NCBI GenBank assembly: GCA_963667175.2
Contig: CAXXXF010000015.1
Span: forward strand, 96,001-160,000
Direction of reading: 5' to 3'
Length of the DNA: 64,000 nt
Source: Candidatus Latescibacterota bacterium
GTDB taxonomy: Bacteria; Latescibacterota; UBA2968; GCA-2709665
Shown: piece after piece, positions 38,138-49,030 of the stretch
Layout: each line of letters begins with the position of its first letter
How positions within the stretch are numbered: position 1 is the stretch's first letter
Notes under the pieces: model-generated
Seen by the model: the letters and a program-made list of their open reading frames with translations, nothing else
Told to the model about the DNA's origin: nothing
The model's database searches: none
Position numbers and translations under genes: made by a program

Positions 38138-41100
38138 CGCGATTCTTCCGCCAAAACAACGAGAAAGGCGACGACTTCGAAGTCATTGATTCCCGAAAAT
38201 TCGTTCCCGACAGCGTGGGTGCCGCCGGGCGAAAACAAGCTTGCGACCGCGCGTTCCTCCCGCTTTCCCACAATGGATGCGATAGCACTCGCCAGGAGGC
38301 GTTGCGGCTCCCGCATGTCTTTGTAACCTCGCGTGGCCGTGTCAAAGCGGGTGCAGGCATCCAGGTCGGGCAGATCGCGACCCAGACAGAGGCGTTTCAA
38401 CCGGTCGAGGATCTGTTTGGCCTGTGTGAAGGGAAGCAACTCAATCCCATCCTCGCCAACGTGGACCAGATAATGAGGCGAAAGTGGATAACCCGATTCG
38501 AACGGCCGCGCCGCTGCGTCGCCCTCGGCTCGCAAGCAATAGATAATGCCGGGAGCGATGTCTGCATCGGTTGTGGTTGTTACCGCGAAAACGCCTGGAG
38601 GCATCTCTTCAAGTGTTCCCGCTGAGTCCCGTATATAGTCGGCCAGGTCGATTCGGAAATCCGTGAGGGTAAGGTCGGCAATCGAGACTCCGGAGGAGAG
38701 ATCTTCCAGGTCGATGACCGCGTCCTGGAGCTTGAGGAGTTGCCGGCGCCGGTATTCGAGGTCGTTCATCGGATCACCGGATTGTTGCTCAATCAGATTC
38801 TCTTCGCCTGTTGCAGAAATGTCGAGCAGTACCATGCGGCCGCTCACCCGCTGTTCGAGGCGGAGGTACTCCTCGAGTTCCATGTTCGGCCAGAAATTGA
38901 CCAGTTGAATACGGTCGTTTGGCGAGCCAATCCGGTCGATTCGTCCGAAGCGCTGGATAATGCGCACCGGATTCCAGTGAATATCGTAGTTGATGAGCCA
39001 GTCGCAATCCTGCAGGTTCTGGCCTTCGGAGATACAATCCGTTGCAATGAGAAGATCGAGTTCTCCTTCAGCCGCGAGATCGTCGGGACGCTCCTTGGTC
39101 CGGGGCGCAAAGGCCGTGAGGATGGTTGCGAGTTCCTTTCGAAGCGGCAGCGTCGTCCTGTTTCCTCCCGCTCCCGTAACGAGTGCTGATTCCACGCCAA
39201 GCGTTGTTTGGGCCCAGGGCGCCAGTTCGTCGTAAAGGTACCGCGCGGTATCGGCAAAGGCTGTGAAGACGATTGTCTTTCTGTTATCCCGATTAATTGG
39301 ATCGCGACATTTCCGTTCGATCACCGCCCGCAGTTCGGCGAGTTTGGCGTCGCGTTCCGCCGTAACCTGCCTGGCCGCCGCGTGGAGCGTCGCGAGCCGA
39401 TTCCGATCTTCGACCAGTTCCTGCCTCCAGCGGATTCGGTCGACGTCCTTGAGCAGCACCTTCACCTTTCGTCCCACCAGCAGACTCTCGAAGGCGGGAT
39501 CCTCAATGTCGATATCCGCAATGTCGTGTTCTTCCAGTTCATCATCCTGCTTCTCAATCCGCTCAAGAATGGTCTCAACGTCTGTCAGTTGGCGCCGCAC
39601 GGTGAGTGCGAAGGAGGCGACGGAACTCTCCATGCGTTTCAATGCGTTGACGCGCAAGAGCTGAATCAGGCTTTCCTCGCGATCCACCTGATGGAAGAAG
39701 CCGTCGCCGCGTTGAAGTCGGGTGCTGTATTTCTCGTCATACGCGGGCCGTCTGTGAGGCAACACGTAACGAAGGGGCGCATACGCCGCAAGGTTCAGCC
39801 GGCGGATTTCAAGGTTGATATTCCGGATGGAGGGAAATACGCCGGCCAGGTCCACGTCCGGCTTGACGTTAATGGGCTTCAGGCGATCCGGAAAACGCCC
39901 CGTCTCCAGCGTTCCGTAGTACTTTTCGATGTGGCGACGGGAGCGCGCGATGGTGAGCCGGTCCAGCAACGTGAAATAGTCGAACCCCAGCATCTCCACG
40001 AGCGCCATCGGCGTGCGCTCACCTTCATCAAGCTCAAGCCATCGATTAAACTGCCTCTGCGCGAGTCGTGTCGTTGCGTCTATGCTGCCGATGCCTTCGT
40101 CGGCCAGGGCCGTATCGTTGCCCTCGGTCGCAAAGGCGATCTGATTGCGCAGATCCGCCATTCGGTTGTTGACCGGCGTGGCGCTAAGCATGAGCACACG
40201 TGTCTTCACACCCTCACGGATGATTTGCCGCATCAGACGGTCATAACGCGTCTCACCGCCCTTCCGCGGCGTGCGCTTGTTCCTGAAATTGTGGGACTCG
40301 TCAATGACCACGAGGTCGTAATTGCCCCAGTTTACGTGTGCGAGGTCGATATCGCCTGACATGCCGCCGTCGCGTGACAGGTCCGTATGGTTCAGGATGT
40401 CATAATTGAAACGGTCGTCGGCCAGGAAATTGCGGCGGTCGTTCGCCCGGTAGAGACTCCAGTTATCGCGAAGGCGTTTGGGGCAGAGAACCAGGGCTCT
40501 GTCATTGCGCAACTCATGATACTTGATGATTGCCAGCGCCTCGAACGTCTTGCCAAGGCCGACACTGTCGGCAATGATGCATCCGCCAAAACGATCGAGC
40601 TTTTCGATGGCGCCGACCACGCCGTCGCGCTGGAATTTGAAGAGCTTCTTCCACACTTCGGTATTTCGGATACCCGTGGCCGAATTGACAACCTGATCTT
40701 CGTCCAGTTCCTCACCCTTATCCCGGAAGAGGTGGTACAGCATCAGCGCGTAGATGCTGTGTGGGTCGCGTTCTGACGAAAGAGAACGCAGCCGTTCCAC
40801 CACACCGGTCTTCGCGGCTTCATGCGCGTCCATGGAGGACCACTGCCTATCGAACCACTCGCAAAGATGCGCGCTTTCTTCGGATGTCTCCGATGCCTGA
40901 ATCAGGTTGAGGGGATTCCCTGGCGCGAGGCCGAGTCCGTCCGTGGAAAACGAAAACGACCCGATCAGGGCCTGCTGCGGAATCCCGTCCCCGTTTCGCA
41001 GAACGATCGCTCCCTGCGGGACGGCGCGGTCGGCGCGTCGGATTTCAACTGCGTTTTCGATCCAGTCCGCGCAACGTTCGGCCAGCCAGCGGCCCTGCAA

Positions 41101-41328
41101 CCGGTTGCGGGCGGCTCTGTCGGCGTCGGCGCCGAAGAGGGAAAGATCCGTGTCAGCAGGCGGGAGGATGAGACGCGTATTCACCAAGCGTGAAAGATGC
41201 CTCGTGAGTTCCTCAAACGCATGGAGCGATAACGCTCCCGACGCGATGTCAATCCGGTTTCCGGGCTGCAGCAATGGTTGAATGAGATCGACCACCCGGT
41301 CCGTTCCGGTGTTGGAGACAATCCTCAT
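38134..41328 (-). CDS. SNF2-related helicase associated with Type III RM
   Basis: IIADSVGLGKT, VIDESHNFRN, LSATPVNN, TDCISEGQNLQ, QRFGRIDRIG; degenerate PLD-like N-terminus. Confidence 0.92.
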   Translation of the reverse strand: MRIVSNTGTDRVVDLIQPLLQPGNRIDIASGALSLHAFEELTRHLSRLVNTRLILPPADTDLSLFGADADRAARNRLQGRWLAERCADWIENAVEIRRADRAVPQGAIVLRNGDGIPQQALIGSFSFSTDGLGLAPGNPLNLIQASETSEESAHLCEWFDRQWSSMDAHEAAKTGVVERLRSLSSERDPHSIYALMLYHLFRDKGEELDEDQVVNSATGIRNTEVWKKLFKFQRDGVVGAIEKLDRFGGCIIADSVGLGKTFEALAIIKYHELRNDRALVLCPKRLRDNWSLYRANDRRNFLADDRFNYDILNHTDLSRDGGMSGDIDLAHVNWGNYDLVVIDESHNFRNKRTPRKGGETRYDRLMRQIIREGVKTRVLMLSATPVNNRMADLRNQIAFATEGNDTALADEGIGSIDATTRLAQRQFNRWLELDEGERTPMALVEMLGFDYFTLLDRLTIARSRRHIEKYYGTLETGRFPDRLKPINVKPDVDLAGVFPSIRNINLEIRRLNLAAYAPLRYVLPHRRPAYDEKYSTRLQRGDGFFHQVDREESLIQLLRVNALKRMESSVASFALTVRRQLTDVETILERIEKQDDELEEHDIADIDIEDPAFESLLVGRKVKVLLKDVDRIRWRQELVEDRNRLATLHAAARQVTAERDAKLAELRAVIERKCRDPINRDNRKTIVFTAFADTARYLYDELAPWAQTTLGVESALVTGAGGNRTTLPLRKELATILTAFAPRTKERPDDLAAEGELDLLIATDCISEGQNLQDCDWLINYDIHWNPVRIIQRFGRIDRIGSPNDRIQLVNFWPNMELEEYLRLEQRVSGRMVLLDISATGEENLIEQQSGDPMNDLEYRRRQLLKLQDAVIDLEDLSSGVSIADLTLTDFRIDLADYIRDSAGTLEEMPPGVFAVTTTTDADIAPGIIYCLRAEGDAAARPFESGYPLSPHYLVHVGEDGIELLPFTQAKQILDRLKRLCLGRDLPDLDACTRFDTATRGYKDMREPQRLLASAIASIVGKREERAVASLFSPGGTHAVGNEFSGINDFEVVAFLVVLAEESR

Positions 41329-41475
41329 AGCGCTGTTTACGTCCCACGTCAACCAAACGACCTTGATCGGAGTAAGTTAGCGGGAAAACCAATATATGAA
41401 AATCGCTATCGTCGGTCAATTCAACCCTGCGCCAGATGTGTCGCATTTCGCGACAGTCAGGGCAGACGATTCGAC

Positions 41476-41507
41476 AAAAAAACCCCGATGAGTTCGTTCA
41501 TCGGGGT
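41476..41507 (-). terminator. Intrinsic terminator
   Basis: CCCCGATGA-N6-TCATCGGGG followed by T7 on the minus strand. Confidence 0.7.
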
Positions 41508-41546
41508 CATCTGTCTGGCAGCAGGAGCGACACGCAGCCGTTATCT

Positions 41547-41670
41547 AAAGGAAGAAGGAAGAATGCAGAATGAAGAAGTAAAAGCAGGAAGTGCGCGGGG
41601 TCTGTCGTCGGGGATTCGATCTGAAGGAAGAAGGAAAAAACACAAGGAAGAATGCAGAACGAGGAAGTAA
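41547..41670. repeat. Purine-rich heptamer tandem repeats (GAAGGAA / AGAATGC)
   Basis: Two blocks of AAGGAAGAA(GGAAGAA)TGCAGAA. Confidence 0.6.
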
Positions 41671-41876
41671 GAGCAGGACAAGCGCAGATCACCTCTATTC
41701 TCCATTCCGCGATTATTCCTTCTTCGTTATTGCGCCGCTAATCCGCTTGGCGCGGTCAATCCGGTCACGTCATTGACTGCGCACGCCAGTTTCCGGAAAC
41801 GCTCTGTTCGACTATCACATCCATCTGGTTCCATAATCGCCGCGCGGTGTCGTTGATCGCTGTCCCGAAGCGTACG

Positions 41877-42122
41877 CTATTCGCTGCGTTGACCCCGCCC
41901 CTTGATTCTGCGCCGCTGGTTTCTGACAATGGTGACGAGTTCCCGCGTGGAGACGTCCGCCTGGATCGACGGAACGTCCAGCGGTGACCCGGAGGGCCGT
42001 TCCGGCACGAGCGCGTAGGTCCTGCCGTCTTTTCGACGGATGAGGACCCTTCCCGTCGCCTCGGCTTTGTCCAGCACGCGCGAGAAATTCTGCCTGGCTT
42101 CCGAATAGGTATATACGTCCAT
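41877..42122 (-). CDS. Phd/YefM-family antitoxin
   Basis: MDVYTYSEARQNFSRVLDKAEATGRVLIRRKDG. Confidence 0.88.
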   Translation of the reverse strand: MDVYTYSEARQNFSRVLDKAEATGRVLIRRKDGRTYALVPERPSGSPLDVPSIQADVSTRELVTIVRNQRRRIKGRGQRSE

Positions 42123-42123
42123 T

Positions 42124-42522
42124 CTATCCCTCCAATCTGACGAGCCTGACGCCCAATGAGCTTGCGGCCCGTCCAAGCGTTCGATCCAGCGTCAACAGTG
42201 GCGCGCCATGCCGCAAAGCGCAGTCCAGAAAATATGCGTCGTACGCGTACGCGTTCACCTGTGCCGCGATAGACAGGGCATTCGCCATGTCGACGTTCAC
42301 GTATTGAAGCGGAACGCTCTCCAGAATCTCCATGGCGCGCTGAGCATCCGCGACGCGAACGCGGCGTTGCTTGATCATTGCCGAGAAGGCATTGCCAATT
42401 TCCCAAGGAATGGACCCGGGACCGATAAGCGTATGCCCCGACGTAGCTGCGAGAATCGCATCTCTTTCCGGCTCAGCTACGATTACCGCAATGATTGCTG
42501 ACGCGTCGGTCACCACGTTCAC
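42124..42522 (-). CDS. vapC: VapC / PIN-domain toxin
   Basis: VVTDASAII, WEIGNA, AYDAYFL, LLTLDR acidic PIN residues. Confidence 0.9.
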   Translation of the reverse strand: MNVVTDASAIIAVIVAEPERDAILAATSGHTLIGPGSIPWEIGNAFSAMIKQRRVRVADAQRAMEILESVPLQYVNVDMANALSIAAQVNAYAYDAYFLDCALRHGAPLLTLDRTLGRAASSLGVRLVRLEG

Positions 42523-42680
42523 GATTGTCTCTCCAGGATTCCATCAATTGTACAATTGTCAGGGAAAATGTCAAGGGCAAAACGTCAATTCGTGGAAAAG
42601 CGGAGAGACGGGAGAAGATGACCCGCTGGCCCCCCAATATTGACGTCGCATAGCGATTTCAATACGCGTGCCCGGCCTTT

Positions 42681-42791
42681 GTAGGGGCGGTTCGCGAACC
42701 GCCCGCCCGTAACCGGCCAGCGATATGGCCTGACGACGTTAAAACGCAAGTTCCACGCCATTGCGAGGGCAACCACAAGGGTTGCCCCTAC
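42681..42791. repeat. Inverted pair of GTAG-family REP sequences
   Basis: GTAGGGGCGGTTCGCGAACCGCCC (+) and GTAGGGGCAACCCTTGTGGTTGCCC (-). Confidence 0.8.
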
Positions 42792-42948
42792 AATTGCAAC
42801 ATCGGCGCGACGGGCTTTTTTCGAACAAACCCGAAAGCCGACCTTGCATTTTTCGTAGATCAGGGTACAATAGTGATACAGAAAAGAGGAGAAGCCGTCC
42901 GGCATCCCTCCGAATCGTTCCCTCTACGTCTTTCATCCGGAGAATGAA

Positions 42949-44685
42949 ATGAGCCCAGGTGTCCGCAAGTTCATTGTCTTCGCCATCGCCCTGGTCGTAT
43001 CCTGGATCGTCGGCATCAACGTGGCCCCGACCTGGACCGTCGAGCAGATCGCCCTCGATGCCCACAGCGACAGAAACGGAATGCTCTATTACGTTTACCA
43101 GGGGGAGCCGGTCTATTTCAGCGCCGTCCCCGTCCAGGACGCCCTGCTCAACCCCGAGAGAATAGAAGGCTCGCGCGACGCCCCGGTCGTAAAGAAGGAG
43201 TTCGTCTCCGTGGTCAGGATGGAGGAGGGGACGCCCCGGACCTTCTACTACCAGCTGCTCGCCAAAAGCCACTGGGGTTTCTGGTCCCTGCTTCCCGCGG
43301 TGGTCGCCGTGCTCCTGTGCTGGCTCACCCGAGAGCCGGTCACCTCGCTCCTCGGCGGCATTGTGTCGGGCGCCCTGGTGTTGAGCCGCTACGACTTTAC
43401 CGGCGACGTGCTGATCCCCTCGCTGGCTACGACCAGCTCCGCCGGCGTGCTGCTTCTCTACCTGTGGCTGCTGGGCGGGTTGATGGGAATCTGGTCTCGG
43501 ACGGGCGCCGCGCAGGCGTTCGCCGAGTTCATGACCGTGCGCTTCGTGCGCGGCCCGAGAAGCGCCAAGCTCGTCTCCTGGATGCTCGGCGTCATCTTCT
43601 TCCAGGGGGGCACGGTCAGCACCGTGCTGGTCGGCACCACGGTCAAGCCGATCGCCGACAACGAAAAGGTCAGCCACGAAGAGCTCGCCTACATCGTCGA
43701 CTCGACCGCGTCGCCCATCGCTTCGCAGCTCGCCTTCAATGCCTGGCCCGGGTACATCCAGGCCTTCATCTTCGTCTCCGGGGTGGGCTTCCTCGCCACC
43801 GAGACGGACCGCATCGCCTTCTTCTTCCAGAGCGTGCCGTTCTGCTTCTACGCGATCTTCGCCGTGCTTGGCACCTTTCTCCTCAGCATCGAGAGGCCTC
43901 TGTTCCTCGGCAAGGGGCTCAAGGCGGCGATGGAACGCTCCCGCGCGACCGGCCGGCTCGACGCCGAAGGAGCGAACCCCCTGAGCGCGAAGGAGCTGCA
44001 GGCAAGCAACGTTCCCGAGGGGTATACCCCGCACGTGATGGAGTTCTTCCTGCCTCTGATTTCGCTCATCGGCATCGCCGTCGGCACGTTCATCGTCAGC
44101 GGCTCCCCCAACGTGCAGTGGGCTTTCGGCACGGCCCTGCTGCTCGCCGCGGGGATGGCCCTGGCCAAGGGGATGTCGCTCAGGGACCTCGTGTCGGGAT
44201 TCCACGACGGCCTCAAGGGGGTGGTGCTCGGCTCCGTCATTCTCCTGCTCGCCATCACCATCGGGGGGATAAACAAGGAGACGGGGGGCGGCATCTTTCT
44301 GGTCGAGCAACTCGGGGAGGCGATTCCCTACTTCCTGCTGCCTGTGCTGCTGCAGATCATGACCATGGTCATCGCCTTCTCCACGGGGACGAGCTGGGGC
44401 ACGTACGCGGTTGCCTTCCCGCTGGCCATGCCGCTGGCCTGGGCGGTGGCCGGGGCGCACGGGCTTTCCCATCCCGAACTCTTCATGACCCTCTGTTTCG
44501 CCGCGGTCATGGACGGCAGCGTGTACGGCGACCAGTGCTCGCCGATCTCCGATACCACGGTGCTCAGCGCGATGTGCACCGGCTGCGACCTGATGGACCA
44601 CGTCAAGACGCAGATCCCCCAGGCGTCCATCGCGGCCTTCCTGGCAGCGGTCTGCTGGACCGTCATCGCCTACTTCACCGCCTGA
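42949..44685 (+). CDS. Na+/H+ antiporter NhaC-family transporter
   Basis: SHEELAYIVDSTASP, AFSTGTSWGT, YGDQCSPISDTTVLSAM...DHVKTQIP; many TM helices. Confidence 0.92.
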   Translation: MSPGVRKFIVFAIALVVSWIVGINVAPTWTVEQIALDAHSDRNGMLYYVYQGEPVYFSAVPVQDALLNPERIEGSRDAPVVKKEFVSVVRMEEGTPRTFYYQLLAKSHWGFWSLLPAVVAVLLCWLTREPVTSLLGGIVSGALVLSRYDFTGDVLIPSLATTSSAGVLLLYLWLLGGLMGIWSRTGAAQAFAEFMTVRFVRGPRSAKLVSWMLGVIFFQGGTVSTVLVGTTVKPIADNEKVSHEELAYIVDSTASPIASQLAFNAWPGYIQAFIFVSGVGFLATETDRIAFFFQSVPFCFYAIFAVLGTFLLSIERPLFLGKGLKAAMERSRATGRLDAEGANPLSAKELQASNVPEGYTPHVMEFFLPLISLIGIAVGTFIVSGSPNVQWAFGTALLLAAGMALAKGMSLRDLVSGFHDGLKGVVLGSVILLLAITIGGINKETGGGIFLVEQLGEAIPYFLLPVLLQIMTMVIAFSTGTSWGTYAVAFPLAMPLAWAVAGAHGLSHPELFMTLCFAAVMDGSVYGDQCSPISDTTVLSAMCTGCDLMDHVKTQIPQASIAAFLAAVCWTVIAYFTA

Positions 44686-44709
44686 GAGGAAGCGGGCAGG
44701 CAGGCGCGC

Positions 44710-47625
44710 CTATTCGCGTGTCCGCCCCTTCTTTTTGAAAACTATCGAACGCCCTCGCCGCTTTTCCGCGACGTTCCGCGTATATCTGCAGTCCGGCCAG
44801 TTCGAACAGCCGATAAACGGACCATATTTTCCACGCTTCTCTTTCAGCCATCCGGAGCACGCCGGACATCCCTCAACGGCCTGCCGGCAATCCCGGCAAC
44901 GGTAGTCCCCATCGGCCTTCGCCAGCAATCCGGTCCCGCAATGGGGACACCCGGACTGTCGGTACTCGCAATACGGCCAATGCGAACAACCGTAGAATAT
45001 CCCCCCGTCCCGAGCGTTGCGCCGCCGCTGCAGCCTTCCATGGGTGCATTCGGGGCACGGCACGTCCCGTTCGGGTTGCTTTCCATGAACCTCTACGTCA
45101 TAGCCTTCCTTCATCAACTCCTCGACGAATGCCGACGGCGTTCCGTCATCGACAACGAGATAGACGCCGCGCCTTGCGCGAGTGACTGCGACGTAGAACA
45201 GGCGGCGCTCCTCGGCGTTCGGATATGCTTCCGGCTCAGCCAGAACGAGATCCAGCAGCGGGTCGTCGACGATCTCGGAGGGGAAGCCGTACTTTCCGGA
45301 GTACATGCCGAGCACCACCACGTAGTCGGCCTCGAGGCCCTTGGATCCGTGTGCCGTCATGAAAGAGAGTTTGAGATTGAAATGCGCGCGCGCCAGCGCG
45401 TCCATATTCTGAGGCCTGGTGTGCCTGTACCGGCCCAGCAACAGGACGGTCGCGTGCTCGTCGTCCTCGGCGACATGAGCGGCAATTGCGTTCAACGCCT
45501 CCGCCAAGGGATCGGGAGACGTGTCCCGGGCGAACAATAAATGCACGCATGGCTCGGCTGCATTGAAGATGGACGTTACGCGCTTGCGGATCTGGGCCGG
45601 GTTGCTGAGCACGAATCGGGTTGCGAGGTCGGCGATCCGATCCGTGCACCTGAACGTCGTTTCCAGGTTGACGCGTTCGCCCTTGCCGAAGCGCGCCGTA
45701 AACTCTCGCATGATGCCGATGTCCGAACCCGCAAATCGGAAGATGGCCTGCCAGTCGTCGCCGACCGCGAACAACTGCGCGGTGTCCGACGTGTCCAGCA
45801 ACGCCTTCAGCAGACGTGCTCGTCCGTCCGAAATATCCTGAAACTCATCGACGAGGATGTAACCGTACCGGTTGCGGTAACGGCCGCTCCGCACGTGTTC
45901 CGTCGCGTTGCTGATCATGTCGTGGAAATCGATCTGCCGCTTCCGAGCAAGCGATTCCTGGTAACGCTCATATACAGGAATGAAGACGGTCAGGAATGCC
46001 TCGGCCCGAAGGCGGTTTTGAGCCCCTGCAGCGCGGCGGGTCACTTCGTCCGAGGACAGCTGGGCGCCCTTGTAGTGATGGAGGAACGTCGCGACCAGAC
46101 GCGTGAGAGGTTCGATTCGACCCTGCTCTTCGAGGACGGAGAAGGTGTTCCGGGATGGGATCGGCGACAGCTTTACCCCATGCACGGCCAATTTTTCCTC
46201 CAGGTTCCGGGTCAGTCTGCCCGCGTCCTTTTCGTGGCTGTAGGTCTCCACGAGAACCGTGCCATGTTCCGCGTGCAGCCGTCTTTTCCAGTCCAATAGC
46301 CTGAGATATTCGTCGCGATCGATAAAGGGAGGCGTATCATTCGATTCCGAGAGCGCAAAATGCTCGATGTATATCCCCGCGCCCGGGAGGGTGAAGTCGG
46401 GCCGGTATCGCCTCTTGCCCGACGCGGCGGTTTCGTGTTCGTAGTCGCGTTCGTACTCATAGGACACACCATTGAGGTAAAGGAAATCGGCAATCTCGCA
46501 TGCTTCGAAACTCTTGAGCTTCTCGCCTTGCAGAGACCGGACCCCGTTGTCCCGTAGATAAGCCCAATACTCTCCCTGAGTCCGGAATTCGAACTCGCTT
46601 CGGTACGGAGCAAAATGCCCTGCGAACCATCTGAGCACGTCGTCTGCATGCCTGGGGTCGGCGACGAGATCGCCAACGATGGACTTCAGCAGGTCGAACA
46701 GGGCATGGTCATCCAGTGCAGCCTTTGCCACGGCCGGGCGTCTGCGTTCCGCCTCCCCGATGATCGACATGCCCAGGCTGTGGAACGTTCGAACCGTGAG
46801 TTCGGCGCCCAACTGCACGCCAAGGCGTTTCCGGACCCTTTCCTTCATTTCTTCCTGGGCATCTTTGGCAAATGCAAGCAGAAGCAGTTCCGATGGTCGC
46901 CGGTACCCCTTCCGAATGAGCCAGCCCGCCTTGGCCACGATGACTGACGTCTTGCCGCTTCCGGCGGCTGCGACGACCAGGTTGCGGTCGTCATCGACGA
47001 CAACCGCTCTGCGCTGCTCGTCCGTGAGCGGCCTGGCCTCGACCCGTTCGAAGAAATCCCTGGATCGCGCCAGCTCATTGGCCACGAACGTCTCGCATGC
47101 TCTCGCCCGAAACCCTTCGGAATCATCCGAGAAGTCCTGAATCGCCTTCAGCATTCGGATTTCTGCGACGTCGGATACCTGCTCGGGCCACTGAGAGGGG
47201 AACCGGGCGACCATGTCTTTGGCATCCTGTTCGATCGGGGAAAAGACGGTACGCGCCACGTACCTCGGCGGGTCCGTAAACTGTGCCAGGCGTTCGTAGA
47301 CGGTTTGAATCGTGCCGGCATGTGTATCCAGGGCGCTTCGCCACCAGTCGACTCTCGCGCCCGTGAGTGCGTCGCCGAACACCCGGGCGTCCGCCTTCGA
47401 CAGTCCGGAAACCGTTACATCGCCAGTGGCGCTACTTACCTGCAATCCTCCCCAGAACCACCCGTGCGTCGCCTCCGCGGTCTCGATTTCCGGAAAGGGG
47501 ATAACGATCGACCGGGACGGGTATTCCAGGATCAATGAATCACTGTTCAACGTGACCGCTCCGGCATGTCCCCGACGAAGGACCGGGAACACGTACGAGG
47601 CCAGGCCGGATCGTCCAACGCGCAT
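44710..47625 (-). CDS. UvrD-family helicase (DNA helicase IV / HelD-like) with C-terminal topoisomerase-type zinc fingers
   Basis: AAAGSGKT, VDEFQD, VGDDWQAIFRF, TAHGSKGLE, EERRLFYVAVTRA; C-terminal CPEC...FYGCSHWPYC and FIGCSNWPDC. Confidence 0.9.
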   Translation of the reverse strand: MRVGRSGLASYVFPVLRRGHAGAVTLNSDSLILEYPSRSIVIPFPEIETAEATHGWFWGGLQVSSATGDVTVSGLSKADARVFGDALTGARVDWWRSALDTHAGTIQTVYERLAQFTDPPRYVARTVFSPIEQDAKDMVARFPSQWPEQVSDVAEIRMLKAIQDFSDDSEGFRARACETFVANELARSRDFFERVEARPLTDEQRRAVVVDDDRNLVVAAAGSGKTSVIVAKAGWLIRKGYRRPSELLLLAFAKDAQEEMKERVRKRLGVQLGAELTVRTFHSLGMSIIGEAERRRPAVAKAALDDHALFDLLKSIVGDLVADPRHADDVLRWFAGHFAPYRSEFEFRTQGEYWAYLRDNGVRSLQGEKLKSFEACEIADFLYLNGVSYEYERDYEHETAASGKRRYRPDFTLPGAGIYIEHFALSESNDTPPFIDRDEYLRLLDWKRRLHAEHGTVLVETYSHEKDAGRLTRNLEEKLAVHGVKLSPIPSRNTFSVLEEQGRIEPLTRLVATFLHHYKGAQLSSDEVTRRAAGAQNRLRAEAFLTVFIPVYERYQESLARKRQIDFHDMISNATEHVRSGRYRNRYGYILVDEFQDISDGRARLLKALLDTSDTAQLFAVGDDWQAIFRFAGSDIGIMREFTARFGKGERVNLETTFRCTDRIADLATRFVLSNPAQIRKRVTSIFNAAEPCVHLLFARDTSPDPLAEALNAIAAHVAEDDEHATVLLLGRYRHTRPQNMDALARAHFNLKLSFMTAHGSKGLEADYVVVLGMYSGKYGFPSEIVDDPLLDLVLAEPEAYPNAEERRLFYVAVTRARRGVYLVVDDGTPSAFVEELMKEGYDVEVHGKQPERDVPCPECTHGRLQRRRNARDGGIFYGCSHWPYCEYRQSGCPHCGTGLLAKADGDYRCRDCRQAVEGCPACSGWLKEKRGKYGPFIGCSNWPDCRYTRNVAEKRRGRSIVFKKKGRTRE

Positions 47626-48121
47626 AGATTCCCGGGGGCCGGAATTGCGATGTTGGACACGTGTCAAGTCTGTCCTCCTCACATGCGAAGCACGTCAGTT
47701 GACGCGGCATCCTTCGCTCAGGCGTGGTCGTCAGGCGCTTTCCAAATACAATTCGGTAGCCTGTCTGTTTCAAGATGACGAGTCTTACTGCAAATGGTAC
47801 GCCAGGTCTTCGTCCTGTCCTAAAAAACCTTCGTCGTTCTTCCTCCTGTCTGCGAAGTCCCCTGCGTTGCAGGCAGGCCGATTCATTCCGGCTCGCAGCG
47901 CGGCAAGCGACCCTTCGCCGTAAATTCCATCACGAGTTTGCCGTTGACACGCTCTTTCAATTCCGCTTTCTTTCGGTGGACGTTTCCTCCCCGTTTGGGG
48001 AGTTGCCTCCGCAGCGTCACGGCGTTGCGACCCACGCCGTCTGACGCCGATATCCTTTGTGCCTTTTTGTGCGTTTTGTGGCCGATTTCATGGTTTTCTT
48101 TTTTCGAATTGAGGCTCCTCA

Positions 48122-48922
48122 ATGGAAAGCGTTCGCGACAGGCTCTGGATCTTCACGTGTGTGGCCGGATCGGACAACGACTCGCTCACTTATGCCGGTT
48201 ACACGCAGGGGTCGCGGATGACGCCGGCCGAAGGCGCGTTATTCCTGGACGTACCCAACCTCCATATGATCCGGTGGCGCGGCCTGCCCGCGTACCCCTA
48301 CGAACAGGTCGCCGTCACGTTCTCCTCGCTCAAGCAGGTCACATGGTCCATCGTGGGCAGCGGCGGACAGGTGGAAGGGGACGAACTGCAACGCGTGCTC
48401 GGTCTGGCCGACACGCATCCCAATATCACCGGCGTCTATCTGGACGACTTCATGCGAAAGGACGGCAGAGGCGCCCTCAGCGTGGATGACCTCGCCGACG
48501 CGCGTCCGAGACTCAACGTTGGCGGCAGAAGGCTGGACCTTTGGGTGGTCCTGTACATCAGGCAACTCCACCTGCCCCTCAAGCCGTACCTCGAACACTG
48601 CGACGTGGTCAATCTCTGGACCTGGAATTCGGATGAACTGGCAGACCTCGAACGGAACTTGGAACGCCTGGAAGCGGTCAACCCCGGCGGTCGCGTCTCC
48701 CTGGGATGTTATCTCTGGGACTACCACAACCGGCGGTCCGTGTCGATCTCGCAGATGGAGCACCAGTGCAACCTGGGTCTCCGGTGGCTCAGGGAAGGCC
48801 GAATCGAGAGCATTGTCTTTCTCGGCAACACCTGCTGCGACGTTGGCATCGAGTCCGCCCCGTGGGCGCAGGCGTGGATCAGGGAGGTGGGCGAAATACC
48901 GCTCGAATCTGTCAAGGCGTGA
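48122..48922 (+). CDS. Hypothetical protein (possible TIM-barrel carbohydrate enzyme)
   Basis: 266-aa ORF with host-like codon usage; NITGVYLDDF, DVVNLWTW. Confidence 0.7.
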   Translation: MESVRDRLWIFTCVAGSDNDSLTYAGYTQGSRMTPAEGALFLDVPNLHMIRWRGLPAYPYEQVAVTFSSLKQVTWSIVGSGGQVEGDELQRVLGLADTHPNITGVYLDDFMRKDGRGALSVDDLADARPRLNVGGRRLDLWVVLYIRQLHLPLKPYLEHCDVVNLWTWNSDELADLERNLERLEAVNPGGRVSLGCYLWDYHNRRSVSISQMEHQCNLGLRWLREGRIESIVFLGNTCCDVGIESAPWAQAWIREVGEIPLESVKA

Positions 48923-48952
48923 CCGGGAGCGGGAAACAATCGCCACAAAAAG

Positions 48953-48985
48953 TCTGCCTGCAGCGCAGTACGCTGCGCAGGCAGG
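48953..48985. repeat. CTGCCTGCAGCGCAGTACGCTGCGCAGGCAGG palindrome
   Basis: Second copy at 50459-50491. Confidence 0.85.
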
Positions 48986-49030
48986 CACAAACGGCACAAA
49001 AAGGGCTAAAGCAGTAAGGAGACGACCGAT

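Noticed and set aside
39208-40359. 383-aa plus-strand ORF
   Set aside because: Antisense shadow of the SNF2 helicase; the same applies to the long antisense ORFs over uvrA and the ABC permease.
37379-41328. DISARM or BREX system
   Set aside because: No DUF1998, PglZ or BrxC genes; SNF2 + DUF4391 + mod + res is a recurring Type III RM arrangement.
42739-44738. Long 620-aa and 473-aa ORFs overlapping nhaC
   Set aside because: Shadow frames of a high-GC gene.
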